DNA of 64,000 nucleotides from Escherichia coli (GCF_048403405.1 NZ_CP183129.1); one strand, 5' to 3'. Counted from the first letter of the stretch, positions 23,778-34,353 are shown. Notes: generated by a model from the sequence alone, not told the origin. A program made the numbers and translations.

Positions 23778-24635
23778 GTGAAAGCTGACAACCCTTTTGA
23801 TCTTTTACTTCCTGCAGCAATGGCCAAAGTGGCCGAAGAGGCAGGTGTCTATAAAGCAACGAAACATCCGCTTAAGACTTTCTATCTGGCGATTACCGCC
23901 GGTGTTTTCATCTCAATCGCATTCGTCTTCTATATCACAGCAACCACTGGCACAGGAACAATGCCCTTCGGCATGGCAAAACTGGTTGGCGGCATTTGCT
24001 TCTCTCTGGGGCTGATTCTTTGTGTTGTCTGCGGAGCCGATCTCTTTACTTCCACAGTGTTGATTGTTGTTGCTAAGGCGAGTGGGCGAATCACCTGGGG
24101 TCAGTTGGCGAAAAACTGGCTAAATGTCTATTTTGGCAACCTGGTCGGCGCACTGCTGTTTGTACTTTTAATGTGGCTTTCCGGCGAGTATATGACCGCG
24201 AATGGTCAATGGGGACTAAACGTCCTACAAACCGCCGACCACAAAGTGCACCATACTTTTATTGAGGCCGTCTGCCTTGGTATCCTGGCAAACCTGATGG
24301 TATGTCTGGCAGTATGGATGAGTTATTCTGGCCGCAGCCTGATGGATAAAGCGTTCATTATGGTGCTGCCGGTCGCGATGTTTGTTGCCAGCGGTTTTGA
24401 GCACAGTATCGCAAACATGTTTATGATCCCGATGGGTATTGTAATCCGCGACTTCGCATCTCCGGAGTTCTGGACCGCTGTCGGTTCTGCACCGGAAAAT
24501 TTTTCTCACCTGACCGTGATGAACTTCATCACTGATAACCTGATTCCGGTTACGATCGGTAATATTATCGGCGGTGGTTTGTTGGTTGGGTTGACATACT
24601 GGGTCATTTACCTGCGTGAAAACGATCACCATTAA
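23778..24635 (+). CDS. focA: Formate channel FocA
   Basis: GTG start at 23778 gives (M)KADNPFDLLLPAAMAKVAEEAGVYKATKHP (285 aa), preceded by AAAGAGAGAG. The 113 extra upstream codons in ORF 23439..24635 lie in the AT-rich pfl regulatory region and are not credible coding sequence. Confidence 0.93.
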   Translation: MKADNPFDLLLPAAMAKVAEEAGVYKATKHPLKTFYLAITAGVFISIAFVFYITATTGTGTMPFGMAKLVGGICFSLGLILCVVCGADLFTSTVLIVVAKASGRITWGQLAKNWLNVYFGNLVGALLFVLLMWLSGEYMTANGQWGLNVLQTADHKVHHTFIEAVCLGILANLMVCLAVWMSYSGRSLMDKAFIMVLPVAMFVASGFEHSIANMFMIPMGIVIRDFASPEFWTAVGSAPENFSHLTVMNFITDNLIPVTIGNIIGGGLLVGLTYWVIYLRENDHH

Positions 24636-24689
24636 TGGTTGTCGAAGTACGCAGTAAATAAAAAATCCACTTAAGAAGGTAGGTGTTAC

Positions 24690-26972
24690 ATGTCCGAGCT
24701 TAATGAAAAGTTAGCCACAGCCTGGGAAGGTTTTACCAAAGGTGACTGGCAGAATGAAGTAAACGTCCGTGACTTCATTCAGAAAAACTACACTCCGTAC
24801 GAGGGTGACGAGTCCTTCCTGGCTGGCGCTACTGAAGCGACCACCACCCTGTGGGACAAAGTAATGGAAGGCGTTAAACTGGAAAACCGCACTCACGCGC
24901 CAGTTGACTTTGACACCGCTGTTGCTTCCACCATCACCTCTCACGACGCTGGCTACATCAACAAAGCGTTGGAAAAAGTTGTTGGTCTGCAGACTGAAGC
25001 TCCGCTGAAACGTGCTCTTATCCCGTTCGGTGGTATCAAAATGATCGAAGGTTCCTGCAAAGCGTACAACCGCGAACTGGACCCGATGATCAAAAAAATC
25101 TTCACTGAATACCGTAAAACTCACAACCAGGGCGTGTTCGACGTTTACACTCCGGACATCCTGCGTTGCCGTAAATCCGGTGTTCTGACCGGTCTGCCAG
25201 ATGCTTATGGCCGTGGTCGTATCATCGGTGACTACCGTCGCGTTGCGCTGTACGGTATCGACTACCTGATGAAAGATAAACTTGCACAGTTCACCTCTCT
25301 GCAGGCTGATCTGGAAAACGGCGTAAACCTGGAACAGACTATCCGTCTGCGCGAAGAAATCGCTGAACAGCACCGCGCTCTGGGTCAGATGAAAGAAATG
25401 GCTGCGAAATACGGCTACGACATCTCTGGTCCGGCTACCAACGCTCAGGAAGCTATCCAGTGGACTTACTTCGGCTACCTGGCTGCTGTTAAGTCTCAGA
25501 ACGGTGCTGCAATGTCCTTCGGTCGTACCTCCACCTTCCTGGATGTGTACATCGAACGTGACCTGAAAGCTGGCAAGATCACCGAACAAGAAGCGCAGGA
25601 AATGGTTGACCACCTGGTCATGAAACTGCGTATGGTTCGCTTCCTGCGTACTCCGGAATACGATGAACTGTTCTCTGGCGACCCGATCTGGGCAACCGAA
25701 TCTATCGGTGGTATGGGCCTCGACGGTCGTACCCTGGTTACCAAAAACAGCTTCCGTTTCCTGAACACCCTGTACACCATGGGTCCGTCTCCGGAACCGA
25801 ACATGACCATTCTGTGGTCCGAAAAACTGCCGCTGAACTTCAAGAAATTCGCTGCTAAAGTGTCCATCGACACCTCTTCTCTGCAGTATGAGAACGATGA
25901 CCTGATGCGTCCGGACTTCAACAACGATGACTACGCTATCGCTTGCTGCGTAAGCCCGATGATCGTTGGTAAACAAATGCAGTTCTTCGGTGCGCGTGCA
26001 AACCTGGCGAAAACCATGCTGTACGCAATCAACGGTGGCGTTGACGAAAAACTGAAAATGCAGGTTGGTCCGAAGTCTGAGCCGATCAAAGGCGATCTCC
26101 TGAACTACGATGAAGTGATGGAGCGCATGGATCACTTCATGGACTGGCTGGCTAAACAGTACATCACTGCACTGAACATCATCCACTACATGCACGACAA
26201 GTACAGCTACGAAGCCTCTCTGATGGCGCTGCACGACCGTGACGTTATCCGCACCATGGCGTGTGGTATCGCTGGTCTGTCCGTTGCTGCTGACTCCCTG
26301 TCTGCAATCAAATATGCGAAAGTTAAACCGATTCGTGACGAAGACGGTCTGGCTATCGACTTCGAAATCGAAGGCGAATACCCGCAGTTTGGTAACAACG
26401 ATCCGCGTGTAGATGACCTGGCTGTTGACCTGGTAGAACGTTTCATGAAGAAAATTCAGAAACTGCACACCTACCGTGACGCTATCCCGACTCAGTCTGT
26501 TCTGACCATCACTTCTAACGTTGTGTATGGTAAGAAAACTGGTAACACCCCAGACGGTCGTCGTGCTGGCGCGCCGTTCGGACCGGGTGCTAACCCGATG
26601 CACGGTCGTGACCAGAAAGGTGCAGTAGCCTCTCTGACTTCCGTTGCTAAACTGCCGTTTGCTTACGCTAAAGATGGTATCTCCTACACCTTCTCTATCG
26701 TTCCGAACGCACTGGGTAAAGACGACGAAGTTCGTAAGACCAACCTGGCTGGTCTGATGGATGGTTACTTCCACCACGAAGCATCCATCGAAGGTGGTCA
26801 GCACCTGAACGTTAACGTGATGAACCGTGAAATGCTGCTCGACGCGATGGAAAACCCGGAAAAATATCCGCAGCTGACCATCCGTGTATCTGGCTACGCA
26901 GTACGTTTCAACTCGCTGACTAAAGAACAGCAGCAGGACGTTATTACTCGTACCTTCACTCAATCTATGTAA
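24690..26972 (+). CDS. pflB: Pyruvate formate-lyase (formate C-acetyltransferase 1)
   Basis: 760-aa [47 protein letters not shown]... It has the glycyl-radical motif RVSGYAV near the C-terminus and the active-site CC (IACCVSPM). Confidence 0.98.
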   Translation: MSELNEKLATAWEGFTKGDWQNEVNVRDFIQKNYTPYEGDESFLAGATEATTTLWDKVMEGVKLENRTHAPVDFDTAVASTITSHDAGYINKALEKVVGLQTEAPLKRALIPFGGIKMIEGSCKAYNRELDPMIKKIFTEYRKTHNQGVFDVYTPDILRCRKSGVLTGLPDAYGRGRIIGDYRRVALYGIDYLMKDKLAQFTSLQADLENGVNLEQTIRLREEIAEQHRALGQMKEMAAKYGYDISGPATNAQEAIQWTYFGYLAAVKSQNGAAMSFGRTSTFLDVYIERDLKAGKITEQEAQEMVDHLVMKLRMVRFLRTPEYDELFSGDPIWATESIGGMGLDGRTLVTKNSFRFLNTLYTMGPSPEPNMTILWSEKLPLNFKKFAAKVSIDTSSLQYENDDLMRPDFNNDDYAIACCVSPMIVGKQMQFFGARANLAKTMLYAINGGVDEKLKMQVGPKSEPIKGDLLNYDEVMERMDHFMDWLAKQYITALNIIHYMHDKYSYEASLMALHDRDVIRTMACGIAGLSVAADSLSAIKYAKVKPIRDEDGLAIDFEIEGEYPQFGNNDPRVDDLAVDLVERFMKKIQKLHTYRDAIPTQSVLTITSNVVYGKKTGNTPDGRRAGAPFGPGANPMHGRDQKGAVASLTSVAKLPFAYAKDGISYTFSIVPNALGKDDEVRKTNLAGLMDGYFHHEASIEGGQHLNVNVMNREMLLDAMENPEKYPQLTIRVSGYAVRFNSLTKEQQQDVITRTFTQSM

Positions 26973-27012
26973 TTAGATTTGACTGAAATCGTACAGTAAA
27001 AAGCGTACAATA

Positions 27013-27040
27013 AAGGCTCCACGAAAGTGGGGCCTTTTTT
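27013..27040 (+). terminator. pflB rho-independent terminator
   Basis: aggctccac-gaaa-gtggggcct followed by tttttt, about 40 nt after the pflB stop. Confidence 0.8.
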
Positions 27041-27165
27041 AGCACGAGAGCCTTTTTTGTCAGCTATCTATACTTTAAGGTGACTGCCAAAACAGACTCG
27101 ACGTAGCCTTCGAGCTGCGCACCAACACGGCCTCAGATGGGCCACATCTGGAGAAACACCGCAAT

Positions 27166-27178
27166 GTCAGTTATTGGT
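27166..27178. repeat. Prophage junction core, pflB-side copy (att core gtcagttattggt)
   Basis: Exact 13-bp direct repeat of 62789..62801; the flanking bases differ on both sides. It is preceded here by the native pflA ATG (27164..27166) and the native pflB-pflA intergenic DNA. Confidence 0.85.
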
Positions 27179-27253
27179 GACATTTTTTGATATCTAATTA
27201 CATGAAATAAAAGGATTTATTTCTTGTCACGTCCACACATTGACCACATCGAC

Positions 27254-27278
27254 AAAAAAGCCCCTCGACTGAGGGGCT
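27254..27278 (-). terminator. Rho-independent terminator after ogr
   Basis: The minus strand reads AGCCCCTC-AGTC-GAGGGGCTTTTTT, 13 nt after the ogr stop. Confidence 0.75.
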
Positions 27279-27290
27279 TTCTGTTTGTAA

Positions 27291-27509
27291 TTACATCCAC
27301 ATAATTTGCTGTCCTGATGGCAACGGGTGCGGCCTTACGGCGTGGACTTCTCCCGGCTTCACGATGTATCGCTGTACCGACTCATAAGTGATGAACGTGG
27401 CGCTGCAATTCACGTTCTGGCACTGATGATAACGCTCTTTTGTCGTGTCAGTGATATAGCGACTTGTACGCGCATGTGCGGCATGCTGGCATAAAGGACA
27501 ATGAAACAT
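27291..27509 (-). CDS. ogr: Ogr, zinc-finger late transcription activator
   Basis: ORF 27291..27572 was trimmed to MFHCPLCQHAAHARTSRYITDTTKERYHQCQNVNCSATF (72 aa). It has a C4 zinc-finger pattern and matches P2 Ogr as I recall it. Confidence 0.93.
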   Translation of the reverse strand: MFHCPLCQHAAHARTSRYITDTTKERYHQCQNVNCSATFITYESVQRYIVKPGEVHAVRPHPLPSGQQIMWM

Positions 27510-27590
27510 CGCGAGCACCTCTTCCGGTTTTGTTGATGGTGCCATTTTAGTTAATTTATCCTTACAAAACAAACAGATAAAACAAAAACA

Positions 27591-28754
27591 TCACTCATCA
27601 TCTTCTGTTTCGTACTCCACATCAGAAAGCCTGACCTCAAGCTCTAAGGACGTCGTGAAGCCGCTATTATTCAGAAAATGTGTCACCTTAGTGATTGTCC
27701 AGTCCTGCTCGTCTATGACGCGCTTAAAGCCAGACACTTTGACCGGTGTTTCCGTGTAAATATCTGCCCGACCGGTAGCCAGGCTGATGGAGAACTCCGC
27801 AACGCCCCGTTGCAGTTTATCCCACTTCGCCTGAGCGGCGCGCATGGCCTGCGCTTTCGTGGCATATACCGTGGTCAGGGCAAAAACGTTGTCAGCCTCA
27901 CCGGCCATGTATTCACCTTCACGCGCTTCCGGTACTTTAGGCGCTTTCTTCTGCCTGACCGGTTTCGCTTTCGGGTGCTCCAGTGCGCGCAGGTGTTTCT
28001 CTTTCTTTTTGCGTTTCAGTTTTACCTTCTGCTTTTGAGGCTTCGGGTCTTTGGTGTGTAGCCATTTTGCCGTTACACCGGTGTAGGCTCCACGGTCAGC
28101 AATCGCAAAATGATGGCGGTCGCCGTCGCTGCGGGTTATGGTGACCTGCGGGATTTTTTTACCGCTGGCCGTCACTCCCTGCCCCGCTTTGAGAAACAAC
28201 AGTTTTCCCATTTTTACCGACACCTCCCCGCCGTTGCGTTCAGCAAGGCGGGTCAGGAATTTTGCATCAGACTCCTGCGACTGGTCGATGTGCGGGATTT
28301 TAATTCCGGCCAGTGACGGCGCGACACTGGCTTCCAGCCTGTTACGGGAGGCTATCACCTCAACAATCGCACCGAGCGTGGTGTCATGCCAGGAGCCTTC
28401 ACTGCGGGAATTGAGCGTCCCGCGAAAATCTGCACTCCGGGCGCGGATGGTAACCACATCCGGCGCGCCCCGGTGTTCAACCTCATCAACGGTAAATTTC
28501 CCTTTGCATACCAGGGCAAAACCTTTCCAGCCGATATACACCGTCAGGACAGCGCCACGAACCGGCAGCCCGACCTGCCCGTCGGCATCGTTCAGTTCAA
28601 TATCAAGCTGGTCAGCCTCAAAGCCCCGGTTATCCGTCAGGGTCATGCTCATCAGACGGTCGCTGATATTGCCGGTAATATCCCTGCTGTCGAGCATCAG
28701 CATGTAATCCGGCGTCAGCGTACTGCCTGCATCAAATGTCAGCGCATCCAGCAT
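27591..28754 (-). CDS. D: Tail protein gpD (late control D family)
   Basis: 387-aa ORF MLDALTFDAGSTLTPDYMLMLDSRDITGNISDRL... Same length and position as P2 D. Confidence 0.93.
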   Translation of the reverse strand: MLDALTFDAGSTLTPDYMLMLDSRDITGNISDRLMSMTLTDNRGFEADQLDIELNDADGQVGLPVRGAVLTVYIGWKGFALVCKGKFTVDEVEHRGAPDVVTIRARSADFRGTLNSRSEGSWHDTTLGAIVEVIASRNRLEASVAPSLAGIKIPHIDQSQESDAKFLTRLAERNGGEVSVKMGKLLFLKAGQGVTASGKKIPQVTITRSDGDRHHFAIADRGAYTGVTAKWLHTKDPKPQKQKVKLKRKKKEKHLRALEHPKAKPVRQKKAPKVPEAREGEYMAGEADNVFALTTVYATKAQAMRAAQAKWDKLQRGVAEFSISLATGRADIYTETPVKVSGFKRVIDEQDWTITKVTHFLNNSGFTTSLELEVRLSDVEYETEDDE

Positions 28755-29233
28755 TATCCCGCCCCCGTCATACCCGTGAATCTGGTCGCCATACTGCCAG
28801 CCTTACCGATGAGCGATTCCGCCTGTTTACCGATATCGCCATAAAGCGCGGCCAGTGATTCATCAACGCGGGTGAGCGACAGCGTAAAATCAATTTTCCG
28901 GGGTGTGCCGTCTGCAAAGAAAATACTCCCTGTTTCACTCACCCTGCTGATGACATACATGCCGTAAATCATGCCGGTGCCATCCAGCAACGGCCACGCC
29001 CGACCTTCCTCTGCCATCAGCCTGAGCGTGGTCATCGTCAGCTTTCCGCCTGTCAGTTCGGGATAAAGCACACCGGCAAGCGTAATGTTTTCCTCACCCA
29101 CACCGAGAAACTGAAAGGCATCCCGTTTACCGATACGGGAATTTGACGGCCAGCGATAATCTGATTCACGCTGCATGGTCTGGTGTGGCAGCGTCTGGCG
29201 CATAAAAACAAACATACCTAACGCGAGCATCAT
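28754..29233 (-). CDS. U: Tail protein gpU
   Basis: 159-aa ORF. Its stop overlaps the D start. P2 U length and position. Confidence 0.9.
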   Translation of the reverse strand: MMLALGMFVFMRQTLPHQTMQRESDYRWPSNSRIGKRDAFQFLGVGEENITLAGVLYPELTGGKLTMTTLRLMAEEGRAWPLLDGTGMIYGMYVISRVSETGSIFFADGTPRKIDFTLSLTRVDESLAALYGDIGKQAESLIGKAGSMATRFTGMTGAG

Positions 29234-29247
29234 TTTTCGTCACCTCC

Positions 29248-31695
29248 TTAACCGTCATGCATCATGCTGGCACGGGCGCGCGCACGTTTATCCCGCTCGT
29301 ATTTTTCGAGCGCATCCTGTAACTGGCGGTCGAGCTGAGTCCCCGGTGCAGTACCGCCCGTCAGACTGATGTGATATTCGTTTTTACTCTGGTCCACATA
29401 AGAGCGGCCAGCCGGTGCCGTAACCGGCTGATAAGCCTGATAGCCTGCATAAGAGCTGGTCGCCGGAATATAACCACCGCTGCCATACGTGGCGGCTTGA
29501 GTTCTGGCGGCGGTCTGGTCAAGTGCGTCAGACTCTTTGTTGATGACCCCGAGCTTTTCCAGTACCCAGTCAATACCGCTGCGCAGTTTGTTGAACGCAT
29601 TAAGCGGCAGCATCAGCGCGTCAGCCAGTGCCTGCCCGAACATGACGCCCGTGTCACGGCAACGATTCAGGGTGTCCTGGGTGGCTTTAACCGGGGCAAT
29701 CAGGTTTTTAAACCACTGCCACGCGGCCTGTAACTTTTCGCCCAGCCAGTCAAACACCGGTTTCAGTGGCGTGAACAGCTCCCCCACCGGCGCAAATGCC
29801 GCTTTCAGCCCTTCAACCACACCGCCAAAGAATGCGCTGACAGGCTCCCAGTATTTACGGATAAGCAACGCCCCGGCGACAATGGCAGCCACCACGGCCA
29901 CAACCGGCCAGCTAATCGCCCCGATGGCCGTCATAATGGCACTACCAACCGTCGTGAAGATTGCACCCATTGCGCCTGCTGCCGCGATGATGGCATTGAT
30001 GCCGGTGATAACCGGCCAGGCTACGAGGCCAATGGCACCGATGACACCAGTCAGCGCCAGTGCACCACCGACAATGATGCCGATGGTTGACGCCAGTGAT
30101 TTGTTTTTCTGTATCCAGCCGTCGAGTTTTAACACATACTTTGTGGCCGTCTGCGTGAGCTTACGCAGCGCGCCTTCCTGCTGGTCAAACAGGTCAGTCC
30201 CCACCGCCTCATAAGCGGACTGAAACTCCTTAAAGTCACCGCCGAGGTTGTCCTGCATGATATTTACCAGCTCCGCGGTCTTCCCGTCTGAGGCTTTAAA
30301 CGCAGCGGTCAGTTTGTCCAGCTTTCCGGTTGAGGCGGCAGTCATCAGCACGGCGGCGGCTGAGCTGGCCTCCTCCCCGAAAATGGTTTTCATGTATTCA
30401 GCCTGCTGGGCAGTACCGAGCCGGTTTTTCTCAAAACTGGCCTGCATTTCTTTCAGAATTGTAAATACTGGTCGGGTGTTTCCCTTGCTATCTGAGGTTT
30501 TCACTCCAAGCTCTTTGAGTGCATCCCATGCTTTTCCCGTCGGTGCCTGCAGGCGACTTAACACGGCACGGCTTCCCGTCCCCGCCATTGAACCGGTAAT
30601 TTTTGCATCATGCAGCGCCCCGACCATTGCGGCGGTTTCTTCAATGCTGACACCGGCATTTTTTGCCACAGGTGCGGCATAGGTCAGCGCATCGCTCATA
30701 CCGTCAAAATCGGCGGCGGTTTTGTTCATCGTCATGGAGAGAACATCCCCGATATGAGCGACCTTATCGTTTGAAAGCTGAAAGGCGGATTTCATCCCCA
30801 TCAGCAGGGCGGCGTTTTCTTCCATCGTGCGACGGTTCGCCAGCGCCATATTCAGCGTGACCGGCGTTGCCGCCTGAATGGCATCAACATCCCCACCGGC
30901 TTTCGCAATAATAATCTGAGCACCGGCTGCATCATCTGCCGAGGCTGCGGTATTGTCGCCGAGCTGGCGCGCCTGCTTGCGGAGCGCGGCCATTTCGGCG
31001 GAGTCTTTTGCCACACCGAGCACGGCCTGCAATTCTGAGTTTTTCTGCGCAAACTCATAACCGGGCATCAGCAACTTAACTCCGGCCATCGTTCCCGCAG
31101 CAGCAATCCCCACACCGGCAGCGCCCACTGAGGCCATATTTCCGGCCAGTTCCTTTCCGGCCTGATAACGCTGTTTGACTGCGTTAAGTTTTGCCTGTTG
31201 CGCACTGACACGCGCCAGCGCGTCACGCTGCCGGTTAAGCTGGGCGGTGGTTTCACTGATACGGTTTTTCAGTCCCTGCTCATCATGTGCAAGATTGCGG
31301 GTATTAATTCCCACAACGGCCAGTTCCCGCTGCTGGCGTTTAACGGAATCCGTCAGGCGGTAATATTTCGCCTGTAAGTCCTCCGCCGCACGCTTCGCGG
31401 ATTCCAGCACTTTCGCCTTAGCACGTGTCGGACGTTCGGTGTTTTTAAACTGTGTTGCAAGGGCTTCGGCCTCCTGCCGTGCCTTTTCAAGTGCATGACC
31501 AGTCACGGCGAGCTGTGCACTGGTCTTGCGAAATCCCTCAATACGGGATGCGTGACCGTTCAGCTCGCGCAGTGATTTTTGTGTTTCCCGGATATCCCCC
31601 GACAGCGATTTGCTCGCTGTGCGGATGGATTTAAACGGGCGGGATGCCTGGTCAACAGCCCTGAGCAATACCTGTAATTTTACATTGTTACTCAT
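29248..31695 (-). CDS. T: Tail tape measure protein gpT
   Basis: 815-aa ORF, Ala/Gly-rich with a central hydrophobic glycine-zipper region, downstream of E/E'. P2 T length. Confidence 0.93.
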   Translation of the reverse strand: MSNNVKLQVLLRAVDQASRPFKSIRTASKSLSGDIRETQKSLRELNGHASRIEGFRKTSAQLAVTGHALEKARQEAEALATQFKNTERPTRAKAKVLESAKRAAEDLQAKYYRLTDSVKRQQRELAVVGINTRNLAHDEQGLKNRISETTAQLNRQRDALARVSAQQAKLNAVKQRYQAGKELAGNMASVGAAGVGIAAAGTMAGVKLLMPGYEFAQKNSELQAVLGVAKDSAEMAALRKQARQLGDNTAASADDAAGAQIIIAKAGGDVDAIQAATPVTLNMALANRRTMEENAALLMGMKSAFQLSNDKVAHIGDVLSMTMNKTAADFDGMSDALTYAAPVAKNAGVSIEETAAMVGALHDAKITGSMAGTGSRAVLSRLQAPTGKAWDALKELGVKTSDSKGNTRPVFTILKEMQASFEKNRLGTAQQAEYMKTIFGEEASSAAAVLMTAASTGKLDKLTAAFKASDGKTAELVNIMQDNLGGDFKEFQSAYEAVGTDLFDQQEGALRKLTQTATKYVLKLDGWIQKNKSLASTIGIIVGGALALTGVIGAIGLVAWPVITGINAIIAAAGAMGAIFTTVGSAIMTAIGAISWPVVAVVAAIVAGALLIRKYWEPVSAFFGGVVEGLKAAFAPVGELFTPLKPVFDWLGEKLQAAWQWFKNLIAPVKATQDTLNRCRDTGVMFGQALADALMLPLNAFNKLRSGIDWVLEKLGVINKESDALDQTAARTQAATYGSGGYIPATSSYAGYQAYQPVTAPAGRSYVDQSKNEYHISLTGGTAPGTQLDRQLQDALEKYERDKRARARASMMHDG

Positions 31696-32115
31696 TCGTG
31701 TTTCCGCTTCGCCGGAGCGCCTTTTCGCGCCATGTGATGAGTTCGGTCAGGCTCATGGGATACAGTTCTGATGGCGGCCAGTGAAATATCACTGCCACAT
31801 CCGCCATCAGGTCATCGACCGAGAGATTTTTCGGAAACGTCACTGCACCGAGTTCGGTGACAAAAAACCGACCACCTTACCGGCCAGCGCCACAAGGTCA
31901 GGCAGTTCCAGTGCGGCGACTTCCTGCTCGGTCAGCATCGGTGCCGTCATGCGCGGCAACACCTTAATCAGTGCATCGACTTCGGAGTTTGCGACCGCTG
32001 CCAGACTGACACCGCGCAGCGTCCCGGCACTGGGTTTCATCAGCGTGACCTGTTCGATAACCTGCTCACCACGTTTGACCGGATTGTCCAGGGTAATCAC
32101 ATTTTCTTTGTTCAT
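31688..32115 (-). CDS. E: Tail assembly chaperone E+E' (product of -1 programmed frameshift)
   Basis: After slippage at T TTT TTG (31867..31861), the -1 frame stays open: ...GFFVTELGAVTFPKNLSVDDLMADVAVIFHWPPSELYPMSLTELITWREKALRRSGNTNE*. The stop TAA at 31690..31688 overlaps the T start. I translated this by hand. Confidence 0.8.
31840..32115 (-). CDS. E: Tail assembly chaperone gpE (unshifted product)
   Basis: 91-aa ORF MNKENVITLDNPVKRGEQVIEQVTLMKPSAGTLRGV... P2 E length and position. Confidence 0.92.
   Translation of the reverse strand: MNKENVITLDNPVKRGEQVIEQVTLMKPSAGTLRGVSLAAVANSEVDALIKVLPRMTAPMLTEQEVAALELPDLVALAGKVVGFLSPNSVQ
31861..31867 (-). other. Slippery heptamer TTTTTTG for the E/E' -1 frameshift
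   Basis: The plus strand reads caaaaaa. In E's frame the sequence is GGT TTT TTG TCA. The arrangement is conserved in tail chaperone genes upstream of tape measure genes. Confidence 0.8.
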
Positions 32116-32171
32116 GGTTTTCTCACTTATGAATCGGGGTTAACCGGTCAGCCAGGCTGACCGGATGAAAA

Positions 32172-32690
32172 TCACAGGCCGATATTGCGGCGGTGTTGCT
32201 CCAGCCGGTCGACGCCGTTCACCTTCTCAATCATGTTGATGGTGTCGATTTCGACCAGCTCCTTACCGTCCATCGTCAGCCGGAAATAGGTGCAGACCAC
32301 GGAGATTTTCGACTCGGTGTCTTCTCCCTGTTTACCCTCGCCGGTGTCGATTTCTTTCTGACGTCCACGCATGACCACCTCGACGGCCACCGTTTCGCCG
32401 GTATCGTCACGCTGGTAAGAGCCTGCAAAACGAATCGGCACAGCATCCACACCGGTTGCGGCGTAAAGCTCCCAGATAACCGAATCCGGGAAGCCACCCA
32501 GCGACCACTCCATTGACAGCGCATCGTCATCAAGGCCGAGGTCTACCGGTGCGCTGCCGTTCATTCCCGCACCGCGATAGTTTTCGAGCTTACGGGTCAG
32601 TTTTGGCAGCGTGACGGACTTTGCAACGCCCTGATAGCTGTAGCCGTTCAGAAAGACGTTCATTAATTTGAGTTTGCGCGGCATTGCCAT
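32172..32690 (-). CDS. FII: Tail tube protein gpFII
   Basis: 172-aa ORF MAMPRKLKLMNVFLNGYSYQGVAKSVTLPKLTRKLENYRGAGMNG... P2 FII. Confidence 0.93.
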   Translation of the reverse strand: MAMPRKLKLMNVFLNGYSYQGVAKSVTLPKLTRKLENYRGAGMNGSAPVDLGLDDDALSMEWSLGGFPDSVIWELYAATGVDAVPIRFAGSYQRDDTGETVAVEVVMRGRQKEIDTGEGKQGEDTESKISVVCTYFRLTMDGKELVEIDTINMIEKVNGVDRLEQHRRNIGL

Positions 32691-32702
32691 CGGTCAGGCT
32701 CC

Positions 32703-33893
32703 TTAATTGCTGTTAACCGAGGTGACCAGATTTGCCAGGTATTTATCGGTAATACGCTGGCGCAGGGTCAGGTTTTCGAGAGGAGGCACCGGTGTATAGT
32801 CGTAGTCGATATACAGTTTTCCGGCCTTGAGGGTTTCCGCATCGTTGGATTCTTCGCTGAACCAGCAGGTCGCATCCACGATATAGCCGTTTGTTTTCAG
32901 CTCACGGAATTTGGCATTGATACCGTCAACGATGTCGCGAATCAGCGTTGCGGTGATGGGCTTGTCCACCGCCCACATGTGCGCCTCAGCCATCGTGTCG
33001 GCCAGCACCTGCGCGGTGCGGGTGTAGTTTTCAAAGAGGAACAGCGGGTCATCAGAGCAGGTACGGTTACCCCAGAAGCGGAAACCGTCGCGGCGAATCA
33101 GCGTAGTGACGCCTGACTCGTTAAGCAGGTCAGCATCGGTGCCGGACTCCTGCAAATCCCAGAATACAGATGCACTGATGCCGGTAACACCGTTCACCCC
33201 AACGTTGGACAGCGTTTTATGCCAGCCCTGCTCCTGGTCGATTTTAGCGCGCAGCCCCAGCGCACGGGCAGTGGCATACGCGGTGGCGGTGGTACTGGTG
33301 ACCGTATCCCATGCGAGGAAATCCGGCCAGATGACCATCAGCTCACGCTGGCTGAAATTCTGGCGGTAGGCTTTCACCTCAGAAATGGTTTTACAGCCCC
33401 ATGCGCTGATATACCCGAAAGCGCGCAGCTTCTGACAGACTGATGCCAGTGCAACAGCCACCTCTTTGGTATCCAGTCCCGGCACGCCGAGAATACGCGG
33501 TTTAACACCGGTTACCGACTCCGCCGCCAGCAGGGCTTTCAGTCCGGTGTACTGACCGTTTTCGTCGGTGGTACCGATGATATTGGAAACGGTCTGCGCA
33601 AGTTTCGTTTCTTCGTCGTCGCCGGTGCCGTCTTCCACGCGCACAACAACGGTGACCGGTTTTGACTGGTCAGCGATGGCCTGTAACGACGCCGCCAGCG
33701 TGCCTTTTTTACCGGCCTTTGCAATTGCGCTCTGCACATTGGTAATCAGCACCGGTTTATTGAGGGGGAAGGTTTCCGCATCTGCATCGCTGGCCGTGCA
33801 GACCATGCCGACAATGGCAGTGGATACGGTGGAAATGACGCGGGTGCCGTCGTTAATCTCCAGCACCTGCACGCCGTGATGATAGTCACTCAT
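32703..33893 (-). CDS. FI: Contractile tail sheath protein gpFI
   Basis: ORF 32703..34007 was trimmed to MSDYHHGVQVLEINDGTRVISTVSTAIVGMV (396 aa), with GGAG 8 nt upstream. P2 FI. Confidence 0.93.
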   Translation of the reverse strand: MSDYHHGVQVLEINDGTRVISTVSTAIVGMVCTASDADAETFPLNKPVLITNVQSAIAKAGKKGTLAASLQAIADQSKPVTVVVRVEDGTGDDEETKLAQTVSNIIGTTDENGQYTGLKALLAAESVTGVKPRILGVPGLDTKEVAVALASVCQKLRAFGYISAWGCKTISEVKAYRQNFSQRELMVIWPDFLAWDTVTSTTATAYATARALGLRAKIDQEQGWHKTLSNVGVNGVTGISASVFWDLQESGTDADLLNESGVTTLIRRDGFRFWGNRTCSDDPLFLFENYTRTAQVLADTMAEAHMWAVDKPITATLIRDIVDGINAKFRELKTNGYIVDATCWFSEESNDAETLKAGKLYIDYDYTPVPPLENLTLRQRITDKYLANLVTSVNSN

Positions 33894-33966
33894 CCGTCTA
33901 ACTCCGTGGTTAATGGGTGAGTGGTATTTTCTGTTGTGCAGAGCATGAGACGCTATTTGACCTGGC

Positions 33967-33987
33967 TGGTCAGTGGATGAAACAACA
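33967..33987 (-). promoter_or_regulatory. Candidate Ogr-responsive element of late promoter PF
   Basis: The minus strand reads TGTTGTTTCATCCACTGACCA, about 84 nt upstream of the FI ATG. It shares the TGTTGT-N12-(C/A)CA pattern with the sites upstream of V and O. P2 late promoters carry a TGT-N12-ACA-like dyad near -55. Confidence 0.4.
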
Positions 33988-33990
33988 GAT

Positions 33991-34013
33991 AAAGAAAAGG
34001 CGGACAATCCGCC
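33991..34013 (-). terminator. Rho-independent terminator closing the V-to-G / cargo transcription unit
   Basis: The minus strand reads GGCGGA-TTG-TCCGCC followed by TTTTCTTT, located between the Z/fun-position cargo and the PF element. Confidence 0.6.
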
Positions 34014-34223
34014 CGCCTGTCATGATTTGTACTCACTTATTTCCCGACTGACAATTTACATAGCCAAAACGCTATCAAATCTGACAGTCTGCTTTGAGCG
34101 AGGAGCGGAAGTTAAGGGGCGGTTTAGTATCTAACATGATCTATATGAAATAGTGATTCTTGGCGTATTGCTAATACAACCCCGATTTGATGTAACTCTT
34201 GTCCACTTTCATCTAACTTCCTC

Positions 34224-34253
34224 TTGTTCAGGTTCATTTTTAACTGCTAATAT
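34224..34253 (+). promoter_or_regulatory. Candidate sigma-70 promoter for the HNH cargo gene
   Basis: TTGTTC (34224..34229), an 18-nt spacer, then TAATAT (34248..34253), about 100 nt upstream of ATG 34354. Pattern match only. Confidence 0.3.
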
Positions 34254-34353
34254 GCAGTATATAAAGGAACATGGGTTTACCGTTGTAAGATGCTGCTGAA
34301 AGGTAAGCATAATTATATTGTTAGGTGTCTTTTTATTTTTAAAGGCTTTAAAC

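Noticed and set aside
24711-26963. 750-aa ORF antisense to pflB
   Set aside because: It is exactly coextensive with the very highly expressed, strongly codon-biased pflB gene, and its translated product is low-complexity (V/T/F/R/Q-rich) with no motifs. This is the classic stop-codon-free antisense frame artefact. The same applies to 15074..16213 opposite rpsA, and to the ORFs antisense to T, H, N and msbA.
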